Source of the DNA: an uncultured Actinomycetota bacterium
GTDB taxonomy: Bacteria > Actinomycetota > Actinomycetes > JAFAQI01
NCBI GenBank assembly: GCA_963814845.1
Contig: CAWFEP010000007.1
Span: 64,225-128,224 of the forward strand
Direction of reading: 5' to 3'
DNA length: 64,000 nt
In this document: piece by piece, positions 11,893-21,348 of the stretch
Position numbering within the stretch: position 1 is the first letter of the stretch
Layout of the letters: each line of letters starts with the position of its first letter
Notes under the pieces: model-generated
What the model was told of the DNA's origin: nothing
The model's input: only the letters and a program-made list of their open reading frames with translations
Databases searched by the model: none
Position numbers and translations under genes: made by a program

Positions 11893-13515
11893 TTGGCGAG
11901 CGGAACGGCAATGACGTCGATTTCGAGCGTGCCCGTGGTGGCACGGCGGATCGCCCCACAAGCCTTGCTTGTCGCCGCCGCGGTCGTCGTCACGGCGATC
12001 TATCTCCTTACGACGCCGCAGGTGCCTGATTTGGCGGCGCAGGTCGCGCGAGCCCATCTGGCGCGTGCGGGAGTGGTGTTCTTCTGGACTGGCTGGTTCG
12101 GCGGCGTGAACCTCGCGTCGTACTCCCCGATCGCGCCGATCATCATGTCCGTTCTGGGCGTCGGCGCTACTGCCGCAGTCTCGGCGGTCACGGCGAGCGT
12201 GGCCGCGCGAAGGTTGTTCCGAGACTGCCCTCGGCCGCTGGCCGGCACGGCGGTCTTCGCCGGTGGAGCGTTCGTCGACATCTTCTGCGGCCGGGTGACG
12301 TTCGCACTCGGCGTCGCCTTCGCCGTAATCGCGCTCAGCCTGCTGAGCTCACGCCGTGGCACGTGGGCCTGCGTCGCCGCGGTGCTCGCCTGCCTCGCCA
12401 GCCCGCTGGCAGGTCTGTTCCTCGGGTTGGCCGCCATTTCGGTAGGTGCCAGCGATCGATCAAGACGTCGCAGCGCAGTCATCCTGGCGTCCGTTCTTGC
12501 GTTGATCGGTGTGCTGCTGGAGGTGCTGTCCCCCGGAGCCGGACGGATGCCGTACCCGCTGTGGCACCTGCTGTTGGGTGTCTTGACGACCGTCGTGGTC
12601 GCGGTCATCTGCCCACAACGACTCGTGCGCTGGGGCTGCCTGATCGTCGGGGCAGCGAGCATCGCCTTCTACGTCGTACCACTCGCTGTCGGCACGAACA
12701 TCATCCGCCTCGATTGGTTGGCCGCGGCGCCGGTCATCGTCGCGTGCGCCGATCTGAGTCGGCTGCGACTGATCCTCGTCGGCGCGGTGGCGCTGATCTG
12801 GCCATTGGCCGACTTCGGCGTGCAGCTCGCCGACGCCGCCACCCCAGCCGCGTCGCAGAGCTTCTACCAACCGCTGATCTCGGCCTTACGGGTCCAGGCG
12901 ACGACCGTCGGCCCGGCCGACAACGGTGAGCGGGTGGAGGTTGTCGATTCGGCGTCACAGTGGTCCGCCGACTACGTTGCGCCGACATTCCCGTTGGCGC
13001 GTGGGTGGGACCGCCAGGTCGACCGTGCCGACAACCCGCTGTTCTACAACGGCTCCCTCACCGCGACCAGCTACCACCACTGGCTGTCCGGGCTGGCCGT
13101 CGGGTGGGTCGCGTTGCCGCTGCACACCACGCTGGACTATGCCGCAGTCGATGAGGCCGCATTGATCCGTAGCCAGCCGCAGTATCTCCGGCTCGTCTGG
13201 CACAACCCCAACTGGCAGCTCTATCGGGTGGTCGCCGCGAAGCCGTTGGTGCAAGGCGCGACCGCGACCTCGGTGGGTCGGGCCGGTGTGACGTTCAATG
13301 CCACGACCCCAGGCCCAGTGGAACTGCAGCTTCGCTGGTCGCCATACCTCACGCTGGTCAAAGACAACAAGGTCGTCGCGGGTTGCCTCACCGCCCGCGG
13401 CCCGTGGACGACTGTCTGGCTGACCCGGCCAGGCACTTACACCGTGGCAGCGCGACTGGACATCGATCGTCACCGCGCGACGCGCGCCTGCAGCGCATCC
13501 TCAACCGGCACCTGA
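11893..13515 (+). CDS. large integral membrane protein with extracytoplasmic C-terminal domain (function unknown; possibly GT-C-like)
   Basis: 540 aa with about 9-10 hydrophobic segments. A soluble tail follows (ARGWDRQVDRADNPLFYNGSL...). The glycosyltransferase idea is only an architectural guess. Confidence 0.6.
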   Translation: MASGTAMTSISSVPVVARRIAPQALLVAAAVVVTAIYLLTTPQVPDLAAQVARAHLARAGVVFFWTGWFGGVNLASYSPIAPIIMSVLGVGATAAVSAVTASVAARRLFRDCPRPLAGTAVFAGGAFVDIFCGRVTFALGVAFAVIALSLLSSRRGTWACVAAVLACLASPLAGLFLGLAAISVGASDRSRRRSAVILASVLALIGVLLEVLSPGAGRMPYPLWHLLLGVLTTVVVAVICPQRLVRWGCLIVGAASIAFYVVPLAVGTNIIRLDWLAAAPVIVACADLSRLRLILVGAVALIWPLADFGVQLADAATPAASQSFYQPLISALRVQATTVGPADNGERVEVVDSASQWSADYVAPTFPLARGWDRQVDRADNPLFYNGSLTATSYHHWLSGLAVGWVALPLHTTLDYAAVDEAALIRSQPQYLRLVWHNPNWQLYRVVAAKPLVQGATATSVGRAGVTFNATTPGPVELQLRWSPYLTLVKDNKVVAGCLTARGPWTTVWLTRPGTYTVAARLDIDRHRATRACSASSTGT

Positions 13516-14154
13516 CGCCGCGCCAACACGTGACTCGATCACGGAAACGCCGGACCCGCCCAGGGCAGGGAGGACACTGATCCGGCCGCAGAGCACCATG
13601 ATGAGATCCAGGCCGTTGCCACGGAGTTCTTCGCCACTGCCGGCCGCAAAGCCGACGTCTTCAGCCACGATTCGCAGCCCGACCAGTCGCCGTCGAGGCA
13701 TCAGGTTCGAAGGCCGCACGGTCGTGACGAAGTCGAGTGCCTCGCGCACAAACTCGGGCGAGACCGCCTGATCGAGCCCGAGCGGACGATAGATGTCGCC
13801 CGCATGCACCAGGACTTCTGTCATCGGCGCGACTGGACCGTTCCGGGGTGAGGCGAGCGGGCGGTCGGCATTTCTTCGTAACGCATCGATGACGGCTGTG
13901 GCTCCGCGACGAGACATCTGGCGGGTGAGCCGGTCGTTGGCGCGACGCATGCTGCCGCCGTGACGGATGACAGCCGCCATCAGCGCCGGCGTCGGCATGG
14001 TGACCGATACCGCTAGGTGGGCCCCAACCGTGAGCACATCCCAACCTGCGCAGAGGCTGCGGACAGCCAGTTGAGTGTCCGGCAACGAGCTAAGACACTC
14101 AGCGATCTCCCGCCGCATCGCCGCGCTCATGGCAACGACCCGTTCACTGTCCAT
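13501..14154 (-). CDS. mycothiol-dependent maleylpyruvate isomerase N-terminal domain (DinB/TIGR03083-like) protein
   Basis: MDSERVVAMSAAMRREIAECLSSLPDTQLAVRSLCAGWDVLTVGAHL matches the remembered N-terminal pattern of this family. Start trimmed from 14202 to ATG 14154. Confidence 0.65.
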   Translation of the reverse strand: MDSERVVAMSAAMRREIAECLSSLPDTQLAVRSLCAGWDVLTVGAHLAVSVTMPTPALMAAVIRHGGSMRRANDRLTRQMSRRGATAVIDALRRNADRPLASPRNGPVAPMTEVLVHAGDIYRPLGLDQAVSPEFVREALDFVTTVRPSNLMPRRRLVGLRIVAEDVGFAAGSGEELRGNGLDLIMVLCGRISVLPALGGSGVSVIESRVGAASGAG

Positions 14155-14192
14155 CGCGAGGCCAACGTACGAGCGCGATGATGTGGTTGCCA

Positions 14193-14239
14193 TACATCGC
14201 ACGTCTCGTTAGCTGTGCGCAGGTACTTCCCGAGTCGCG
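14193..14239 (+). repeat. intergenic motif copy D
   Basis: TACATCGCA lies at 14193-14201 and ACTTCCCGAGTCGCG at 14225-14239. Confidence 0.45.
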
Positions 14240-14248
14240 ATCGAGGCG

Positions 14249-14929
14249 TTACGACGGTCCAGATCGATCGACCAGGCCATTCTCGTACGCAAGGACAACG
14301 GCCTGGACTCGATCGCGCAGCTCCAGCTTCCCGAGGATGCGGGTGACGTGTGTCTTCACCGTCGCCTCGGAGAGGAACAGTTCGCGCGCGATCTCGGCGT
14401 TGGACAGCCCCCGCGCTAGCGACAGCATCACGTCACGTTCCCGCTCGGTGAGCTTCGCGAGGATCGGATGAAGATCATCAGCATCGACCTGCTCGCCACT
14501 CGGCAACACGCTGGCGTACCGATTCAGCAACTCGCGAGTGATTCGAGGCGAGACCACCGCATCACCGGCGGCTACAGCGCGGATACCGGCAATCAAGTCG
14601 GCCGGCGGCACGTCCTTCAGCAGAAATCCGCTCGCTCCTGCTCGCAGCCCGGCGAATGCGTACTCGTCTAAATCGAAGGTGGTCAGGATGAGAACCTTCG
14701 AGCCTGAACCAGATTGGACGATGTGCCGGGTTGCGTCGATGCCATCAATGCCAGGCATCCGCACATCCATCAGAACCACGTCGGGTGTGAGCGCCGCCAC
14801 AACCTCGAGCGCTTGGGATCCGTCGCCCGCCTCGCCAACGACGACGAGATCAGTTGTCGAGTGCAGGATCATGCGAAACCCGGTACGAAGCAGTGGCTGA
14901 TCGTCGACGATGACGACGGACACGGTCAT
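14249..14929 (-). CDS. response regulator, NarL/LuxR family
   Basis: MTVSVVIVDDQPLLRTGF...DVVLMDVRMPGIDG is a receiver domain. The C-terminal LuxR HTH reads LTERERDVMLSLARGLSNAEIARELFLSEATVKTHV. The start overlaps the kinase stop (ATGA). Confidence 0.9.
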   Translation of the reverse strand: MTVSVVIVDDQPLLRTGFRMILHSTTDLVVVGEAGDGSQALEVVAALTPDVVLMDVRMPGIDGIDATRHIVQSGSGSKVLILTTFDLDEYAFAGLRAGASGFLLKDVPPADLIAGIRAVAAGDAVVSPRITRELLNRYASVLPSGEQVDADDLHPILAKLTERERDVMLSLARGLSNAEIARELFLSEATVKTHVTRILGKLELRDRVQAVVLAYENGLVDRSGPS

Positions 14930-16137
14930 GCGCGCCCGATCGGGAGTTGTGCGTTGACTCGCCAACCGCCGGCCTCGATCGGGCCTGCCGTGAAGTGACC
15001 GGCAAACATCGCGACGCGTTCGGACATCCCGGTGAGCCCGTGTCCGTCCGGCGGCGATTCCTCGATCGCGGCCTGGCCGTTGTCGATGATCTCGATGTGC
15101 AAACCGTCGGCGCGCCAGTCCAACGTCACTGACACGACGGTCGCGCCGGTGGCGTGTTTGACGACGTTGGTGAGACTCTCCTGAATGATCCGGAACGCCG
15201 TCGCGTCCTCGGTCGGCGGCAATGTCTTGGGCTCGCCCGCGACGATCAGGTCAAGTCGAGGTCCTACCTTGCGCAACCGGTCCGCGAGTTGCGGCACCTG
15301 ATCGAGCCCCGGCTGAGGTGCACGTCCTGACGGCTCGGCGTCGTCGCGCAGAATCCCCAGCAGCCGACGCATCTCGGCCATCGACTGTCTTCCCGTCGCC
15401 GACACCGTCCGCATCGCTTCGGTTGCCTCGATGCTGTCCTGAGCGTTGGTCAGTGACGCGCCGTCGGCAAGCGCGATGATCACCGACAGGCTGTGCGCGA
15501 CGATGTCGTGCATCTCGCGGGCGATCCTGGTCCGCTCACGGGTGGCGGCAAGCTGCGCCTGATGGTCGCGCTCGATCTCCAGCCGCGCGGCCCGGTCAAC
15601 TACCGACGCGAGGTATGCCCGCCGGGTTCGTAGCGTCATGCCGACAAACAACGCGGCGGTGACCATGCCGGTCAGGAAGACCAGGGAGCTGACGAGACTC
15701 TCGCCGGGCAAAGCAAATCGCAACGAGGCCAGCACGACACCGACTTCCAGCACCCCCGCCGCCACGAAGGCCTGGCGGCGGCGGTCGTGCTCCGCGACGG
15801 TGTAGAGCGCGACCAACAACGCCGCATCAGCGGCAAGCGGAACGTTCGACAACCATTGGATAAATGCAATCGCGCTGATGAGCCAGAAGATGGCGAACGG
15901 CCGCCATCGCCGAAAGACCAACGGCAGGATCAACAGCTGATCCAGCAACCACACCCACCATCGGTCCTCGCCGTAGAACAGCGGGATCGAGGTCAATGCG
16001 TCAAGCGCCAACGCCGCCACGAAGTCAGCCCAGAGCGGATGCCGGTCCACGATCCGCCGCAACGGAGGAACCCAGGACCACGGTTCTTCGATCCCCAAAT
16101 CGGGCTCGCTCGCGACGACACCCGGCGCAGCGGTCAC
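14926..16137 (-). CDS. sensor histidine kinase (HisKA_3 / NarX-DesK type)
   Basis: N-terminal TM segments are present. The H-box reads RIAREMHDIVAHSLSVI. The ATPase region contains NVVKHA and DNG...GHGLTGMSERV. I prefer GTG 16137 (AAGGAG 6 nt upstream) over the track TTG at 16176. Confidence 0.85.
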   Translation of the reverse strand: MTAAPGVVASEPDLGIEEPWSWVPPLRRIVDRHPLWADFVAALALDALTSIPLFYGEDRWWVWLLDQLLILPLVFRRWRPFAIFWLISAIAFIQWLSNVPLAADAALLVALYTVAEHDRRRQAFVAAGVLEVGVVLASLRFALPGESLVSSLVFLTGMVTAALFVGMTLRTRRAYLASVVDRAARLEIERDHQAQLAATRERTRIAREMHDIVAHSLSVIIALADGASLTNAQDSIEATEAMRTVSATGRQSMAEMRRLLGILRDDAEPSGRAPQPGLDQVPQLADRLRKVGPRLDLIVAGEPKTLPPTEDATAFRIIQESLTNVVKHATGATVVSVTLDWRADGLHIEIIDNGQAAIEESPPDGHGLTGMSERVAMFAGHFTAGPIEAGGWRVNAQLPIGRA

Positions 16138-16188
16138 GGACGGCTCCTTCGTTGCCGCCACGCTAGCGCCGCGCAACCGTGACCGGCA

Positions 16189-16232
16189 TACATCGCAAGG
16201 TGTATGCCGACGTTGGGAAGTCCGTCTGGCGC
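16189..16232 (+). repeat. intergenic motif copy C
   Basis: TACATCGCA lies at 16189-16197 inside the perfect hairpin GGCATACA (16185-16192) / TGTATGCC (16201-16208). GAAGTCC and GTCTGGCGC follow at 16218-16232. Confidence 0.5.
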
Positions 16233-16281
16233 CCCATGCGGCCGGCTACCACACCATCTAGCGTAGAAGAATGCCGGACTT

Positions 16282-17055
16282 GTGCGCACGGATCTGATGC
16301 GTGACGCACTTCTCGTCCTCAGCGTGTTTCTCGCCTGCCTCGTCGAGGGAGTCGAAGCGCTCACGATCGTCCTGGCGGTCGGCACAACCAGAAGCTGGCG
16401 ATCGACCTGGTACGGCGTCGCTGCGGCCCTGATCACCCTGAGCGCCTTCGTCGCCATCCTCGGCCCGGCGTTGACCGCGATCCCGATCGACGCCCTGCGA
16501 CTCGTCGTTGGCGCCCTGCTGCTGATCTTCGGGCTCCAGTGGCTGCGCAAGGCAATCTTGCGGGCAAGTGGCTACAAGGCACTGCATGACGAGAGCGCAA
16601 TCTTTGCCCGCGAGGCGGCCGCCGCAAGAGCCACGCCAACTGCAGCGAGTGGCCGGATCTCAGATTGGTACTCGTTCACCCTTGCCTTCAAAGGGGTGCT
16701 GTTGGAGGGCCTCGAAGTTGCCTTCATCGTCGTGACATTCGGTGCCAACCAGGGATCGATCCCGCTGGCTGTGCTGGGTGCCGCCGCGGCCATCGTCGTT
16801 GTGGTCGCCGCGGGCATCGCGGTCCGCGGGCCACTGGCTCGGGTTCCCGAGAACACCCTGAAGTTCATCGTCGGCATCATGCTCACCAGCTTCGGCACGT
16901 TCTGGGGTGGCGAGGGCGCTGGGGTGAGGTGGCCGGGCGATGACGGTGCGTTGGTCGTGGTGATCGCGATCTTCGCGGTGACGGCGGTCGGACTAGTCGT
17001 ATGGCTGCGGCAACTCCGCAGCAGGCAGCTCGCCACTTCAGCCAGCCCGGCATGA
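16282..17055 (+). CDS. polytopic membrane protein (COG4280-like; possibly distantly GDT1/UPF0016-related cation transporter)
   Basis: 257 aa in two hydrophobic halves with LVEGVEALTIVLAVG near the N-terminus. The family assignment comes from memory of COG4280 only. Confidence 0.6.
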   Translation: MRTDLMRDALLVLSVFLACLVEGVEALTIVLAVGTTRSWRSTWYGVAAALITLSAFVAILGPALTAIPIDALRLVVGALLLIFGLQWLRKAILRASGYKALHDESAIFAREAAAARATPTAASGRISDWYSFTLAFKGVLLEGLEVAFIVVTFGANQGSIPLAVLGAAAAIVVVVAAGIAVRGPLARVPENTLKFIVGIMLTSFGTFWGGEGAGVRWPGDDGALVVVIAIFAVTAVGLVVWLRQLRSRQLATSASPA

Positions 17056-17255
17056 AGCGGCTCAAGCGCTTCGGCGCCTTTTGGTACGACTTCATCATCG
17101 GTGACGACTGGCGCATCGCGATTGTGGTTGTCGTCGGGCTGGCGGCGACGGCGATCGTCGTCCACGTCGCGCACCGGCCGGGCTGGTGGCTGCTGCCGCT
17201 CGCTGTGATCTGCAGCCTGACAGTGTCAGTCTGGCTCGGTACGCGCCACGACTGA
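17052..17255 (+). CDS. small membrane protein (67 aa)
   Basis: ATG 17052 overlaps the previous stop (ATGA). MKRLKRFGAFWYDFIIGDDWRIAIVVVVGLAATAIV... carries two hydrophobic helices. Confidence 0.5.
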   Translation: MKRLKRFGAFWYDFIIGDDWRIAIVVVVGLAATAIVVHVAHRPGWWLLPLAVICSLTVSVWLGTRHD

Positions 17256-17382
17256 CACCCGCCGCGGACCTGACCAGTCGGTCTCGCGGCGGTCGCGAGA
17301 GGATGTCACCACCCGCGCGCAAAGATCGACGCGGCGCGGACGCCGGGAGCAGATCGCACGGCGCCAGCGCCAAAGGAGGAAA

Positions 17383-18129
17383 TTGATGGACAAGGTCGTC
17401 CGCTCAGCACAGGACGCTGTTGCTGACGTCGGCTCAGGCGCATCGCTTGCGGTTGGCGGGTTCGGGCTGTGCGGTGTCCCGATTGCGCTGATCGAAGCGC
17501 TGCTGACGGCGGGGGTCACCGACCTGGAGACCGTCAGCAACAACTGCGGCGTCGACGACTGGGGGCTCGGCATGCTCCTCGCGGCACGGCGGATTCGGCG
17601 GACTACCGGCTCCTACGTCGGGGAGAACAAAGAGTTCGAGCGGCAGTTCATGTCGGGCGAGCTCGAGGTGGAGCTGGTGCCGCAAGGGACGCTTGCCGAG
17701 CGGTTGCGAGCCGGCGGTGCTGGCATCCCCGCGTTCTACACCCCCGCCGGGGTAGGCACCCAGGTCGCTGACGGTGGTCTCCCCCGTCGTTACAACCCGT
17801 CCGGAGCAGTCGCCGAAGCGTCCGAGCCCAAGGAGGTCCGGGAGTTTGACGGTCGTCAGTACGTCATGGAACTTGCGATCCGCACCGACTTTGCGTTGGT
17901 CCACGCGAGGTACGGCGATCGTCACGGCAACCTCGTCTATGAGAAGAGCGCGCAGAACTTCAACCCGCTCTGTGCGATGGCCGGCACTGTCACCGTCGCA
18001 GAGGTCGAGGAGCTGCTCGAGCCGGGCGAGATCGATCCGATGACGGTGCACACTCCAGGGATCTTCGTGCAGCGAGTCGTCCATATCCCCAACCCGGAAA
18101 AGCGAATCGAACGGCGGACCACGCGATGA
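17383..18129 (+). CDS. scoA: 3-oxoacid CoA-transferase subunit A
   Basis: 248 aa. [49 protein letters not shown] and [13 protein letters not shown] are classic family I CoA-transferase alpha blocks. Confidence 0.9.
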   Translation: MMDKVVRSAQDAVADVGSGASLAVGGFGLCGVPIALIEALLTAGVTDLETVSNNCGVDDWGLGMLLAARRIRRTTGSYVGENKEFERQFMSGELEVELVPQGTLAERLRAGGAGIPAFYTPAGVGTQVADGGLPRRYNPSGAVAEASEPKEVREFDGRQYVMELAIRTDFALVHARYGDRHGNLVYEKSAQNFNPLCAMAGTVTVAEVEELLEPGEIDPMTVHTPGIFVQRVVHIPNPEKRIERRTTR

Positions 18130-18767
18130 CCTTGACTCGCCAAGAGCTCGCCGCCAGGGTCGCGCTCGAGCTGACCGATGGCGCGTATGTCAACCTCGGC
18201 ATCGGCCTGCCCACGCTCGTGCCGAACTACTTGCCAGAAGGTGTGCACGTCGTCCTGCACTCCGAGAACGGCGTGCTTGGTGTCGGGCCGTACCCGCGCG
18301 AGGACGAGGTCGACCCGGATCTGATCAACGCCGGCAAGGAGACCGTCACCGTCGTGCCGGGTGCGTCGTATTTTGACTCTGCGGAGTCGTTCTCAATGAT
18401 CCGCGGCGGTCACGTCGACATTGCCGTGCTCGGCGCGATGCAGGTGTCCGCCGGCGGCGACCTCGCGAACTGGATGATCCCCGCGAAGATGGTCAAGGGC
18501 ATGGGCGGAGCGATGGATCTGGTTCACGGTGCGAAGTCCGTGATCGTGATGATGGAGCACGTCGCCAAGGACGGCGGGCACAAGATCGTCGACTTCTGCA
18601 CCCTTCCGCTGACCGGGAAGGCCTGCGTCCAGCGAATCATCACTGACCTCGCGGTCATTGACATCGAGCCCGGCGGTCTCGTGCTACGCGAGACCTCGCC
18701 TGGCGTTTCTGTCGACGACGTCCGAGCAGCAACTGGACCGGATCTGAGCGTGGCACTCGCTTCCTAG
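18126..18767 (+). CDS. scoB: 3-oxoacid CoA-transferase subunit B
   Basis: 213 aa. [12 protein letters not shown] and the catalytic-Glu motif LHSENGVLG are present. The start overlaps the subunit A stop. Confidence 0.9.
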   Translation: MTLTRQELAARVALELTDGAYVNLGIGLPTLVPNYLPEGVHVVLHSENGVLGVGPYPREDEVDPDLINAGKETVTVVPGASYFDSAESFSMIRGGHVDIAVLGAMQVSAGGDLANWMIPAKMVKGMGGAMDLVHGAKSVIVMMEHVAKDGGHKIVDFCTLPLTGKACVQRIITDLAVIDIEPGGLVLRETSPGVSVDDVRAATGPDLSVALAS

Positions 18768-18775
18768 GCTGCGGA

Positions 18776-19558
18776 TCACGCCGCGGTACGCCGTTGAAAC
18801 AGCCACGATGCCGACGCAACCGAGACTGCGAGGATGCCGCAGCAGTAGGCCAGGGAGATCCACGCCTCATGACCGACTGAGGCTCCGCTTGAGGTGTGTC
18901 CCATCCACAACCCGCGCATCGTCTCGATGATCGGACTGAACGGCTGATGCTCGGCGAATCCGCGCAGCACTCGCGGCATTGTTCGCACCGGCACAAATGC
19001 GGTGCTGACGTATGGCAAGAACATCAACACGATCGTGAACGAGTTGGCCGCTTCGATGCTGCGAGCGAACAACCCGACTGCGGCAGCGAGCCAGGACAAC
19101 GCCAGGACGAAGACCACAATCATCGCGGCGGCGGCAAACCAGTGGCCAACAGATCCGGTCGGACGCCAGCCGATGCCGAGACCGACTCCGATGACCAAGG
19201 CCGTGGCGATCAGGTTACGGGCCAGACTCGCGACGATCTGACCCACCAGGATCGACGAGCCACGGATCGGCATCGAGCGGAAGCGGTCGACGATCCCGTT
19301 GGTCATGTCGGTCGCGACGGCCACTGCTGTGGTCCCCGCTCCGAAACCAGCACACAACACGATCAGGCCCGGCACGATGTAATCGACATAGGCACCCCCG
19401 GTGTTCATCGCGCCGCCGAACACGTACACAAACAACAACATGAGGACTACCGGAAGCATGAGGGCGGTGAAGAACGCCTCCGGATCGCGCAGCGAACGTC
19501 GCAGGCACCGGCGGACCATGACCCAACTGTCGAGGTAGGTGTCGGAAATCGTGCTCAT
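18776..19558 (-). CDS. ABC-2 type exporter permease (DrrB-like)
   Basis: 260 aa with six hydrophobic segments. It is coupled (4-nt overlap) to the upstream ATPase gene. Confidence 0.8.
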   Translation of the reverse strand: MSTISDTYLDSWVMVRRCLRRSLRDPEAFFTALMLPVVLMLLFVYVFGGAMNTGGAYVDYIVPGLIVLCAGFGAGTTAVAVATDMTNGIVDRFRSMPIRGSSILVGQIVASLARNLIATALVIGVGLGIGWRPTGSVGHWFAAAAMIVVFVLALSWLAAAVGLFARSIEAANSFTIVLMFLPYVSTAFVPVRTMPRVLRGFAEHQPFSPIIETMRGLWMGHTSSGASVGHEAWISLAYCCGILAVSVASASWLFQRRTAA

Positions 19559-20508
19559 CGCGACACCTCCGTCATGATCGGCTGGGTAGCGTCGCGCGCC
19601 GTGAGGGACAGGAAAACGTCATCAAGGCTCGGTCGATGGGTGGAGATCTTCGGTGCTGATGCGCCGGAATTGCCGAGGCGCTCAAGCAGTTCGCGGACCT
19701 CGTTGGTCGTGCCGTCGGTCGCCACCTCGATTGTGCGTAGCCGGTCGTCGGAGCGTGCGTCCCGAAGGCTGCTCACGGCGGCCGAATAGCTCGCGTCGTC
19801 GACGAACTGCAGCCGGACAACCTCCGATCCAAGGCGTGCCTTGAGCTCATCCGGCGTACCGCGGGCGACCACCCTGCCTCGGTCGAGCATGACGATCGCA
19901 TCAGCGAGATGATCAGCCTCTTCGAGATATTGCGTCGTGAGCAACACCGTCACGCCGTCGTCGACGATCGTGCGGACAGTGCGCCACACCTGCTCTCGGC
20001 TTCGAGGATCAAGGCCGGTCGTCGGCTCGTCGAGCAACATCAGCATCGGACGCTTGATCATGCTGATCGCGAGATCGAGCCGACGTGTCATTCCCCCGGA
20101 GTAGGTCCGCACGCGGCGGTCGCGGGCATCGACGAGGTCGAACTCGCGAAGCAACTCCTCGGCCCGTTGCGATGCTGCACGACGCGGCAGATGCAAGAGC
20201 TGCGCCATCATCTCGAGATTCTCCTTGCCGGTCAGGACGTCGTCGATTGCGGCGTGCTGGCGAGTCAGGCTGATCGACCGTTTGATGCCGACCGGGTCGG
20301 AGCGAAGGTCATGTCCGGCGATGGTCACCGCGCCCGCGTCTGGGCGCAGCAGGGTGGCGAGGATTCGCACCATCGTGGTCTTGCCCGCTCCGTTCGGACC
20401 AAGCAGGGCAAGCACCGAGCCAGTGCCGATGTCGAGGTCGACGTGGTCGAGGACGTGGGCGTCGCCGAAGGACTTGCAGACTTGCCGCGCGGTAACTGTG
20501 TATGGCAT
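19555..20508 (-). CDS. ABC transporter ATP-binding protein (DrrA-like)
   Basis: Start trimmed to MPYTVTARQVCKSFGD (ATG 20508). Walker A GPNGAGKTT, signature YSGGMTRRLDLA and Walker B MLLDEPTTGLD are present. The longer track ORF (to 20763) runs into the divergent TetR gene. Confidence 0.9.
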   Translation of the reverse strand: MPYTVTARQVCKSFGDAHVLDHVDLDIGTGSVLALLGPNGAGKTTMVRILATLLRPDAGAVTIAGHDLRSDPVGIKRSISLTRQHAAIDDVLTGKENLEMMAQLLHLPRRAASQRAEELLREFDLVDARDRRVRTYSGGMTRRLDLAISMIKRPMLMLLDEPTTGLDPRSREQVWRTVRTIVDDGVTVLLTTQYLEEADHLADAIVMLDRGRVVARGTPDELKARLGSEVVRLQFVDDASYSAAVSSLRDARSDDRLRTIEVATDGTTNEVRELLERLGNSGASAPKISTHRPSLDDVFLSLTARDATQPIMTEVSR

Positions 20509-20536
20509 ACACGAACCGTATGCGCCGTACACAGTT
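20494..20536. promoter_or_regulatory. nested inverted repeats in the drrA-like / tetR divergent region (putative TetR operator)
   Basis: AACTGTGTA (20494-20502) and TACACAGTT (20528-20536) form a perfect 9-bp inverted repeat. The inner palindrome GTGTATG-G-CATACAC (20498-20512) is centred on the ATPase start codon. Confidence 0.5.
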
Positions 20537-20572
20537 ATAGTCAAGTCATGCCGCAAACCCGATCGGGTCGCG

Positions 20573-21340
20573 ATGCCTGACGAAGCAGCACCCGCGCTGC
20601 CGCCGGGACTTGATCTGCTGTGGGGACGGCGCGAACGAGGCCACCGCGGCCCGAAGCCGGGGTTGTCGGTCGAGATGATCGTGGAAGCCGCAATCCGCGT
20701 GGCGGATGCCGAAGGTCTCGACGCCGTCTCGATGGCGCGGATCGCGAGCGAGCTCAACTTCACGACGATGTCGTTGTACCGCTACGTCACCAGCAAGGAC
20801 GAACTGCTGCAGCTGATGTGGAACGCGAGCGCACTTGGCGCCGACAGTGTCGTCCTGACGGGCGAAGACTGGCGAACACGGTTGCGGAGCTGGGCGCAAC
20901 TGCAGCGCGACATGATCGATCGACATCCGTGGACCACGCAGATGCCGATGGCGGCACCACCACTCGCGCCGAACTCGCTCATCTTCGTTGAACGCGGGTT
21001 GGCTTGCCTCGATGACAGTGGGCTCGACGACGCCGACAAGCTCCGCGTGATCGGCCTGATCAGCTCCTACACCCTGAGCGAAGCCCGCATGGCGCATGAT
21101 GCGGCGCGGGCCGCGGCCGCCGCCACCCCGGACGCGCACCAACCGTGGTCGTTTGAAGCGCTGTTGCGTGAACTCGTCGACGCAGAGACATTCCCACGCC
21201 TGCATCGGATCGCGTGGTCCCGGGAGATTGGCAGCAACCCAGCCGGCTTCGCCGAGGATGAGGAGTTCCGCTTCGGCGTCGACCGCATCCTCGACGGCGT
21301 CCAGTCCTACATCGACGAGTCCGCAAAACCCCCTCGGTGA
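20573..21340 (+). CDS. TetR/AcrR family transcriptional regulator
   Basis: The N-terminal HTH reads IVEAAIRVADAEGLDAVSMARIASELNFTTMSLYRYVTSKDELL. The gene is divergent from the ABC exporter. Start trimmed to ATG 20573. Confidence 0.85.
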   Translation: MPDEAAPALPPGLDLLWGRRERGHRGPKPGLSVEMIVEAAIRVADAEGLDAVSMARIASELNFTTMSLYRYVTSKDELLQLMWNASALGADSVVLTGEDWRTRLRSWAQLQRDMIDRHPWTTQMPMAAPPLAPNSLIFVERGLACLDDSGLDDADKLRVIGLISSYTLSEARMAHDAARAAAAATPDAHQPWSFEALLRELVDAETFPRLHRIAWSREIGSNPAGFAEDEEFRFGVDRILDGVQSYIDESAKPPR

Positions 21341-21348
21341 TCGAGAGA

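Noticed and set aside
18776-21340. DrrAB-like exporter plus TetR as a marker of an antibiotic biosynthetic gene cluster
   Set aside because: No PKS, NRPS, terpene, RiPP or tailoring genes flank it. The neighbours are CoA-transferase, DUF885 and acyl-CoA synthetase genes. It looks like a stand-alone regulated efflux unit.
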